Assembly: GCA_016748015.1 (NCBI GenBank)
Contig: JAAOMT010000267.1
Coordinates: 1-16,221, forward strand
DNA: 16,221 bases
Source of the DNA: Geosiphon pyriformis uo1
Taxonomy: Eukaryota; Fungi; Glomeromycota
Reading direction: 5' to 3'
The first letter of the stretch is position 1, and each line of letters opens with the position of its first letter. Positions 1-7,983 of the stretch are shown piece after piece. The position numbers and the translations under genes are program-made. The notes below the pieces were generated by a model. It ran no database searches, had not been told where the DNA came from, and was given only the letters and a program-made list of their open reading frames with translations.

Positions 1-389
1 CCTAACCCTAACCCTAACTCTATCCCTATCCCTATCCCTATCCCTATCCCTATCCCTAACCCTATCCCTATCCCTAACCCTAACCCTAACCCTAACCCTA
101 ACCCTAACCCTAACCCTAACCCTAACCCTAACCCTAACCCTAACCCTAACCCTAACCCTAACCCTAACCCTAACCCTAACCCTAACCCTATCCCTAACCC
201 TAACCCTAACCCTATCCCTATCCCTAACCCTAACCCTATCCCTAACCCTAACCCTAACCCTATCCCTATCCCTATCCCTATCCCTATCCCTATCCCTATC
301 CCTATCCCTATAAATATCCCTATCCCTATCCCTATCCCTATAAATATCCCTATAAATATCCCTATCCCTATAAATATCCCTATCTCTAA
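1..389 (+). repeat. Telomeric hexamer array (C-strand), mixed CCCTAA/CCCTAT with in-phase AAATAT variants
   Basis: Unbroken 6-bp phase from base 1 to about 389. Hand count: 31 CCCTAA, about 29 CCCTAT (one is CTCTAT), 4 AAATAT (312, 342, 354, 372) and a final CTCTAA. A C-rich strand at the 5' start is the orientation of a left chromosome end. Confidence 0.96.
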
Positions 390-390
390 T

Positions 391-1576
391 CTCTTATCTT
401 CTACTATAACCAAGTTGCAAGCTGTTACTCTCACTTTGGAATGTATTCCGTCCTCTTGTTCAGTGCTCTTGTTTTTTGACAGTGTAGCTACTATTAATGC
501 ATGTGTCTTTGAGTTGTCATCTGGAATTCCAGATTTCAACAACTGGTATTGGGTCAAGCATAGGCATGTTTTTAATTTGATTAGAGATAAGGATCTTAGT
601 GTAAGTTGGGCCAAAGTCAAGAGTCATGCTGGTGTTCCTAGTAATGTAAAAGCTGACAGATTTGCAGATGAGACTGCTGGCTCTTTCTATGTTTTACTAG
701 TGAGAGTCCGTGAAAGTTTTTTAATGGCTAAAAATACTGTGGTCTCAGACAATGCTTGTTATTTCGTCAGGAATTTTTTTAGGTCTATTTGTCACGCTCG
801 TTGGAAAGCTAGTCCAAACCATAATGTGGTCTCTGTTGACATGTTGTGGGATTTTGATTGGGTTGCTTCTGTGAGGATCTGGCATCCTGATTCACATATG
901 CTTACTGGGTTTACCAGCCAAAAATTAGCAGATCTTCATACATATTTAATAAAGACTTTGCATAGAAGGTTGCCGGTAGCAGTCAGGAAAAAATTGTATG
1001 ATAGATATTATCCAGGTGTTTAATGCTTATTGTGTGGGAAGGTGGAATTGCCCGACCATAATTTTTCTTATTTACAAGATGCTCACACTCATGAGGAGAT
1101 TCTATTAGAGGCTTCCACACGTTAGATTTTTTTGGTTAACATTTGTGACCTGTCTTCTTCTTCTGTTTTTCTGTTTTTCTGGTTCTTAATTCTTGCCTTT
1201 TAGATGTTGGCAGATATTCGGTTTTGTATAAGGAATTTGTAATGAAGAGTTAGTGTGCTAAAGTGGCTGGTATTTTCGATAATGTTAAGAAAACTTCCTG
1301 TATAGTTATTGATTGTGTAAGATTCTTGGTTAAGTTGTATCATTCTAGGGTGTAGTTGGTTAGATCTAAGTTTAGGTTGGACATAGAGAAAGCTGGCTTG
1401 GTCAGTAACAATAGCTTGATGTCGGGTCTATCATGTGATATGTTTTTTGTGCTTTCTGACAGTGTGGTTAAGTTGCTTAGTATCGCTGAGTCTTTTGCTA
1501 TCGGTTTTGGTCATCACAGGCCTTGCTTTTTTTTTCAGGTTGGGATAGTAGTTTTTGTGTTCGTGTTGATACATAG
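391..1576 (+). pseudogene. Retrotransposon ORF2 remnant: RNase H domain + C-terminal zinc knuckle region
   Basis: The frame of ORF 415..1023 extends upstream as LLSSTITKLQA (RNase H SST.AEL.A helix, E>K). It contains FFDS and KVKSHAGVPSNVKADRFA (VKGH.G..GNE.AD motif). After the TAA at 1021 it reads CLLCGKVELPDHNFSY (C-x2-C-x7-H-x3-C with the last C>Y). It continues through stops and frameshifts into ORF 1356..1604, with the likely true stop at 1574-1576 after a T-run frameshift. Confidence 0.9.
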
Positions 1577-1711
1577 TGTTGCTTTGTTTGGCCTGAATGG
1601 CTAGCCACATATAGAAAATGTGTGAGTCACATTTAGTTTGAACCATTTAGTCTGGCTCTATGTATTAGATAGTGGTTGGGCTTCACTCATTAAACAGTTA
1701 ATAAAAAAAAA
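391..1711 (+). mobile_element. 5'-truncated non-LTR (LINE-like) retrotransposon with RNase H; 3' end with AATAAA and short poly(A)
   Basis: Degenerate ORF2 C-terminus at 391-1576, then a ~125-bp 3' UTR ending in AATAAA (1700-1705) that runs into A9 (1703-1711). Composition switches abruptly to extremely AT-rich DNA after it. Confidence 0.88.
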
Positions 1712-2315
1712 TATATATATAAATATGTTTAAAATAAAAAATTAAATAAGTATTTAAATACAAAATTGTTAAATACTTAAATAAAATAAAAAAAAATAGT
1801 TTTTTTAATTTATATAGCTTAATATAAGTTTAAATTACTGGTTATATATAAAAAATGTGTAAGTAATATTTTTGATGCATATTTTAAGTTTTAATTAATT
1901 TATATTTAATTCATACATAAAAATAAGATTATTAAATTTGTTTTATTTACAAATTAAAATATATAAGCATTTATTTTTTAAGTTTAAATTAATATAAAAT
2001 TACATATATATATACAAAATAATAATAAAAATATATTTATTACTGGTTTAATTTTTTCTAATTTTAAAACTTTCAATTATTTTTATTTTAAAATAATAAA
2101 ACAAATTTTATTCAATATTAAAATATATAAAACAATAATAATGTTAATTTAACAAAACAAAATAACTTAATGAATATTTCACAATACAATAATTATTAAA
2201 AAAACAATTATATTATATAGGCATATAACAGAGAGTAAAAACTTTGATTATTGTTATAATTTAAATAGTAAATTTATACTGATTTAAAACGTGATTGACA
2301 CAAACCAAATATATA

Positions 2316-2684
2316 TTAGGCCATATCTTCCCAATTTATAACAAATACACAAAACACCATGGCTAATGTCAACAAAATTGATGTTACCGGAGGTTTTTGG
2401 TCTCTTTTCTTAAATGTTGTTAATGTTGATTTGTTGTGAATTTATGTTTCCAGGAAGTAGTTGAATCTCCAATAACTGAATTTATCTTCAAATTATCTCC
2501 TATAATTTGAACTTGCTAGACTTATGAGTGGAATAGCCAATTCCATGCCAGTTGCTTTATGTAGTTATGTTGTAGTAAATGTCAACTCTTTCTCAGGAAT
2601 TGCTCATCTGGAAGCTCACTAAAAATGTGTAGTTACTTTGCTGTGAAAGTCAACTCTTTTACAGGAATCTTGTCTGTAGGCTAC
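2316..2684 (-). pseudogene. Possible degenerate last exon of an unidentified gene with a hydrophobic C-terminal tail
   Basis: GC-richer island. The minus strand reads ...IPEKELTFTTT*LHKATGMELAIPLISLASSNYRR*FEDKFSYWRFNYFLET*...PPVTSILLTLAMVFCVFVINWEDMA*. It is preceded on the minus strand by a pyrimidine tract (2700-2740) and an AG at 2685-2686. No family recognised. Confidence 0.3.
2560..2668. repeat. 41-bp direct repeat, 2 copies (2560-2600, 2628-2668)
   Basis: tgtagttatgttgtagtaaatgtcaactctttctcaggaat vs tgtagttactttgctgtgaaagtcaactcttttacaggaat, 33/41 identical by hand alignment. Confidence 0.85.
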
Positions 2685-3037
2685 CTTAATAATTGTAATA
2701 AGAAAAGAAAAGAAATATAAAAGAAATATAAAAGAAATAGGATTTTATCAAAGAAAACGTTTTTCTATTCAGGCCTGAAGTCACTAACAGTTTACTGAAA
2801 TTGGTAGCTAATCAATTTCGAAATGTTAGTTGGGTTTTAGAGGTTTTTCCAAGTACAATAATTAAAGAATTTGGTTTTTCGAATTATTTGATATTTATTT
2901 CTTTTTTTGGTATGTATAGGAATGGTTTTAAAAAATAAATCTAAAGTAAGATACATTTTCTCAAAGGGAAATGCTCTTCTTTTATATAACTTGTCATAAC
3001 ACTATTCTATGAACTTGAACTTTGCTATTTTCTACAA

Positions 3038-3150
3038 TTTTGCTGAACTAAAGATATATTTTAGCAAACTACAAGTTATTTCTGCAAACTATTAGATATT
3101 TCGATGAACTATCAATTATTTCGGCGAATTTTTACAAATTTTGGCAAACT
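3038..3150 (+). repeat. Six-copy, 20-bp-periodic array of a 12-bp motif (consensus TTTCGGCGAACT) with variable 8-9-bp spacers
   Basis: Cores: ttttgctgaact (3038), ttttagcaaact (3059), tttctgcaaact (3079), tttcgatgaact (3099), tttcggcgaatt (3119), ttttggcaaact (3139). Confidence 0.85.
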
Positions 3151-3389
3151 TTTGAATGTTACATAGTTCAGGGTATTGCATGATTTGATCATCACAATTA
3201 GGTTACATTTGTGTTGTGTACAAATTGGGTTATTAATTAAATGATAATTTTGGACATTTTGTTAATATAATAAGTAATAATTTGAAATGATAATATATGC
3301 TAATTAATAATAAAATTTATAAGATAATTTCATGCTAAATAATATCTCTAATTTCGTCTAGTAACATTGAACATTAATTAAAGGTGGCT

Positions 3390-5113
3390 ATGACTAAGTA
3401 TAGAAGATGCATAAAAGAGCTGGAGGAGAAAGGTAAGAAGCTGGGTGAAAAAGAAGTTGAGTTACATGACTTGAAAAAGAATTTGAGACAGAGGAAGTAC
3501 AAAAACAAAAACAAAAAAAATTGCTGAATAGAAGATATACAAAAGCTAAAAGATAAATTGAAGGAGCTAAAAGTAGAAAAGAACAAGTTAAAAGTAGAAA
3601 AAAACAAGTGGAAAGTGCAAATGCAAAAATTACAAAATATGTTGATAGAAGAAACAACTAAGACAGATAACTTGGGCGTTAGGAAATAGAGTAGGATAAA
3701 AAAGTACTTTCTTTGGGAAAATAGAGTAGTGTGTACATAGGGTAAAATAGACATAGTAATGTGGTTTTCTATATTGTAGATTTATTACTAACTGGAGTTA
3801 CTTTTCTAGTTAAAATCAGCTTAGAAGAGCTGTCATCTATACTACCATCTGTAACATATTCTTCAACAGGTGTTATATTGAAGACCACTACGAAAGTTGA
3901 TGGTGACCTACTGACAAGTGTACTGCTTTGGGATAACTTTCTTGAGGAAGTGAACCAATTCCATTTCAATCAACAACTGAGATTTAAGAGACTGCAATTT
4001 GCTAAAAATAGAGAGATGTCTAATGAAGAAAATGTTTGTGATGCCTTGAATGCCAACATTTGTACAGTGGTAAATAGGCTTATGTCATCAGAAGATTATA
4101 AGTTCACAAGGCTTTAAACTCATGCTCTTGGTATATCAGACTTCAATTGTTTTCTTGGAAAATTATTAATATTAGTAATTGAAGTTAAAAGAAAGTGTGT
4201 GTTAGAAGATATTGGTGGAAGAACATTTTCTGAGTTTTATCAGGATAATAACAAGACAAAAATGATAGTCCAACAAATCTACAATTATATGGGAGCAAAT
4301 GAGTGTAGATATAGTATTATAACTACCTACAATAATTACTGGTTTCTACGCCGAGAGCACACAATGCTTTGGATCTCAGAAACTTTTTCACTACAATCAA
4401 AATCTCCACTAGTGCTTAAGGTATATGCTTATTTGGCTCAACAAGCAAAGAATAATTTTGAATCCCTTAATCTATCTTCTACCCAATCAGCAAATCAACA
4501 ATTGACTACCAGCACATCTATATATCAACAATTATCTAATGCTTTTGACAAGCTATATAATTTTGCTTTTACAGATTTTAAGTTCATGAATATACTAGGT
4601 CAAGGCCGAAGTAGTAAAATGCTTTTATGCGAATTTTACAGTGAAATAATTGCTTTAAAGACTGTCGACTTGGCAAAAGTATCACCATATGTTCTGGAAG
4701 AAATACAAAAAGAAATAGAGATCTATGAAAGTTTTGCTAATATCCAGGGACAATATATTTCGAAATTGGTTTGTCATGGATATTATAGAAGAGAAATGTG
4801 CTTCATTATTGAATTGACTATTGTTGGTACCCTATTGGATAAGCACAAAATAACGAAACAACAAAATTCAAGAGCTCTTAAGGCATTAGAAACTATCTAC
4901 AAGCATAACATTCTCCAAAATAACATTTGGAAGGAAAATATTTTAGTTGATGATAGTGGAGACATATATTTGATAGATTTTGGAATAGCAAGTCAGGCAG
5001 ACACAAAAAAGAAGTGAAAGCTTTTTGAGGAAAAACAGATGAAATTATCTTGTTTACTAGATAAATATACAGTCATGCCTCCACAGTTGCCCTGTCAGTT
5101 CCTAGGAATCTGA
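3390..5113 (+). pseudogene. Crinkler-type pseudogene: coiled-coil header exon + PD-(D/E)xK (REase-like) domain + C-terminal protein kinase-like domain
   Basis: Exon 1 (~3390-3666) is a K/E-rich heptad coiled coil with TGA at 3525. A phase-1 intron at 3667-3809 has an ACTAAC branch site and TTTTCTAG acceptor, and its donor appears mutated GT>AT. ORFs 3761..4117 and 4199..5017 share one frame across the TAA at 4115. Motifs: SDFNC...LVIEVKRK...QQIYNYM...YSIITTYNNYWFL (REase) and LGQGRSS, IALK, QNNIWKENIL (decayed HxDxxxxN), LIDFG (kinase). Reading through the TGA at 5015 reaches a stop at 5111-5113. Confidence 0.85.
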
Positions 5114-5589
5114 TGATTATATAGAGGGTGTGACTACAAAAACTGTTTTATGTAACTGAGTATGCAATCAAATATTATCATGCTTTTATATTGGTTGAAA
5201 TACTGATAATGTGTAACAAAAAAAAGAGATATAAGCCTATGTTTGGTCATTTTCAGTAAGATTAATGTGGTCATAGAATTTGAATTGATTATTGCTAGAA
5301 TAAAAATAGTCATTTTATTAAATTCTATTGTAATTCTTGTGTATTTTGAATGAGGTAATAAATAGAATTACACTGTTACAACATTTGTAATTTAATGCAT
5401 TTTATTTTATTTCACTATTTTTATAGGTCAAATGACAGGGAGTTTTTTTTGGAACTTGTTGTTGAGTATTTCACTTAGACCATTAACTTAAGAATACCAG
5501 AGTAGTTTCATAACAGAAACCATAGTAGTAAATATAAGTTTTAATCAAATGTAATTTATTTTAGACTTAACAATCAACAGAAATTAAAG

Positions 5590-5810
5590 TAAAATAGTTT
5601 AGTCTCAGATCAACTTGAAATTGATGAACAAATATGCAGATTACTGTTATAAAAGTGATTAAATTTATTTATAGGATTACCTGTATATGCAATTGTGGTT
5701 GCTCAAAAATAATTCCAAAAGGAAAGTTTGCTGAATTGTATGAAGCGTTTCAAGCTCTCTTTAGATCCAAACAAGATATATTTTTAATGACTCAACTGAA
5801 AGCACTGAAC
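5590..5810 (+). mobile_element. Probable DNA-transposase N-terminal fragment (Sola/DUF7869-like, tentative)
   Basis: CICNCGCSKIIPKGKFAELYEAFQALFRSKQDIFLMTQLKALN follows a TTTATAG acceptor. From recall it resembles the Cys-rich C-x-C...C...F..L....QD.FL..QL leader of Sola-like transposases. It is cut abruptly at ~5810. Confidence 0.4.
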
Positions 5811-5849
5811 GACTTGAGTGTTGGAAAATGAAGTAGGATAAAAAAGTTG

Positions 5850-6160
5850 TAAAAATTACTTTCTTATCTATCTTATTACCATTATTTTTCGTTCATTTGA
5901 CTAATTTGTGCTCATTGACTTCTCCCTCTTGCTTCCAAAATTGCTTTGTATTTAACTCAATAATAAAATCTTTGGACTTAATTTTAACTCTTAACTTAAG
6001 TTTTACTCTTTACTTCAATTATCTATTATTTATACCCATTTTTATCTATTTAAGAAAACGTTCAATATATTTTTATGATGTTAATTAACTATTGTTTTCT
6101 TCCTTCTCTTTTCTTGTCACCAATATGCTTTATAGCTGAGTCTTCTTCTGGTAGGTTTAT
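5850..6160 (-). pseudogene. Degenerate K/E-rich coding fragment, possibly a retroelement ORF tail inserted in an intron
   Basis: A single minus frame reads NLPEEDSAIKHIGDKKREGENNS*LTS*KYIERFLK*IKMGINNR*LK*RVKLKL..., with stops compatible with decayed Trp/Gln codons. It lies between the duplicated intron-start segment (5812-5847) and the acceptor at 6377. Confidence 0.3.
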
Positions 6161-6377
6161 TTGTTTTAGTATTAAGTTTTGTGGACAGAGCTAGGTTATA
6201 TGTAAACTTGTTTTAAAGAAAACAAGAAATAGTATGGGTTACAAGAGATGCTATGAGTTAATAGAGAAGCAATAGAGGGAGTATAATTCAAATGTGTTAC
6301 AACATGCATTGAAATCATAGTACCGCTTGCAACATTGACTAATTAGTATTTTTCTTCTTGTTGTTATGCATTTTTAG

Positions 6378-7262
6378 CAAAAGATACACAGAAAGACAAA
6401 ACCCACTGTGACTGCTCTCCACAAAAAAATCAGGCTTTTGTGGATGCCTTTAAAATACCATACAAGGATCCATCAAACCTGGTTGAATTATTTCAAGAAT
6501 ACATTAATAACATACTTTATGGAATGCTCTTTCAGAGTTCTAGATATGGAAAAACCCGTTTTATTAAACAAATTGTGAGGAAAATTCCTACATCATATGT
6601 GTATCTACACCACAAGGAAAGTACTGGATACTCACCTACTACGTCTTACACACCAGAGATCTTCAATGCACTGGAAAAGATCTCAGATGAAGAGGAATGA
6701 CATTTCATGTTTATTCTTTGGCACACTATCAAAAAGCTGCAAGAATATTCCCTCACTGAATCAGCTGAGAAACTCTAGAATCTGCAACTGGATTATGAAG
6801 TGTGCTAGAAATTCTGAGCAGAAGTCTTAACAAGCAGTAAAGACTGAGAGAATGTTGATCAGAGTGATGCAAACCTCAGCAGAAATAAATTCCCATTCTC
6901 AGATAATCCCAACAATGAAGTCAAGATTCTTTTATGCATTGACAAAGCTCAATGCCTTATTAGTTTTGTGCAAAATGATGACTGCAGTAAATTTCGATTG
7001 TTTAGAAAAGCTATGAGATACATCAACTGGAATGGCTTCTTCATCTTCTTTTTGGACACACTTAGCAAAGTTTTTAACTTTACACTATCATTATCAGCAG
7101 ACCCATCTGCAAAAAAAGATGAGCTAAAATTTGAATTATTTCATCCATTTATTCGACTTACAACAATGAATATCTTTGGAAAAAGACAGAAGATCCAGTA
7201 GAAAAATCTGAAAAAGACCTGATAGTTCAATTGGCAAGTCTAGAGAAATTATTAATATACAG
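6378..7262 (+). pseudogene. Crinkler-type P-loop NTPase pseudogene (header exon lost, 3'-truncated)
   Basis: A branch-like GACTAAT and a TTTTTAG acceptor (6377) precede it. ORFs 6440..6700 and 6968..7201 are in one frame across several stops. Motifs: Walker A QSSRYGKT (from QSSGYGKT), STGYSP, Walker B ILLCIDKA (from IDEA), FLDTLSKV.NF, DPSA, LFHPF. A frameshifted LASLEKLLIY follows, then similarity is lost. Confidence 0.82.
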
Positions 7263-7329
7263 CTATTTTAATATTAAATGGAAAGATCACTCCTCAACTT
7301 AAATAGCTCTTAAAAGACTTGTCTCACTA

Positions 7330-7983
7330 TTGAAGATTAAACTTTTTGGTGTAATGAGTAATCGTCGAATGAATTGGTGCAGAGGGGTTTGGAGAGATAA
7401 TTATTAGTTGAATGGTTTGATGTAGAGTTATTTGAAAGGGGATTACTAGTTGTTGTATAAATCAATTCAGAGATGTTTGGGAAAGAATAATTATTTGTGG
7501 AATAATTTGGTCTAGAGTTATTGGGAAAAGGATAACTATTAGTGAGATGAGTTGGTGCAAAGATGTTTAAAAAGGGATAACTTGTCGTGGAATCAATTAG
7601 TGCAGAATTATTTGAAGAAAAGTAACTAGTGGTGGGATAAATTGGTTTAGTAATACTAAAACTATTGTTGTTAATGGTAAAATGAATTGGGTCAATATTG
7701 CTAAAACTATTACTATTATTATTGTTGTTGCTGTTGTTTTTGTTATTATCATCATTAATATTGAAAGAAAAAAAATTTAAAAAAAATTTAACTTCATTGT
7801 TTTATCAGTTGTGCTTATAGAAGTTTCCACCCATTCAATTTTTAAAAGCATTTAAGATATTTCTTCAATATCTGAACATTTGGCTAGTTCACTATCTCAA
7901 CATTCTGTATAGAGTTTTATATATTCTTCTGATGTTCTGGAAATTAATGTTTCTCATTTACCGTAAATATTAAACAACAGATT
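7330..7983 (-). pseudogene. Tyrosine-kinase-like (TKL) kinase C-terminal fragment followed by an N/S/T/P-rich repeat linker
   Basis: The minus strand at ~7983-7850 reads NLLFNIYGK*ETLISRTSEEYIKLYTEC*DSELAKCSDIEEIS*ML, a decayed GKRE.PI.GTP.EY..LY..CWD.EP..RP.I (kinase subdomains X-XI). Poly-Asn and 15-aa repeats follow. Not reported in the ORF track. Confidence 0.82.
7370..7645 (-). repeat. 45-bp coding minisatellite, ~6 copies (15-aa units)
   Basis: Units: PIYPTTSYFSSNNSA / LIDSTTSYPFLNIFA / PTHLTNSYPFPNNSR / PNYSTNNYSFPNISE / LIYTTTSNPLSNNST / SNHSTNNYLS.., recurring every 45 bp. Confidence 0.88.

Noticed and set aside
415-1023. Telomerase (TERT) or Penelope/Athena-type terminal retroelement
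   Set aside because: The motifs are RNase H plus a zinc knuckle of a LINE ORF2. No RT or GIY-YIG motifs are present, and there are no telomeric repeats at the element's 3' end.
1431-1646. Minus-strand 71-aa ORF
   Set aside because: It is antisense to the LINE ORF2 tail and 3' UTR and has no independent motif.
1747-1779. 11-bp perfect inverted repeat (taagtatttaa / ttaaatactta)
   Set aside because: Plausible by chance in extremely AT-rich DNA, with no TSD or other supporting structure.
3038-3150. CRISPR-like repeat-spacer array
   Set aside because: The 12-bp repeats and 8-9-bp spacers are far too short, the context is eukaryotic and no cas genes are present.
3374-3754. Minus-strand ORFs 3374..3754 and 3394..3657 as membrane proteins
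   Set aside because: They are F/L/S-rich antisense shadows of the K/E-rich coiled-coil exon on the plus strand.
5897-6088. Plus-strand 63-aa hydrophobic ORF
   Set aside because: It is most likely the antisense shadow of a purine-rich minus-strand relic.
6597-6830. 77-aa ORF overlapping the NTPase
   Set aside because: It is an alternative frame; the NTPase motifs continue in the 6440 frame through the stops.
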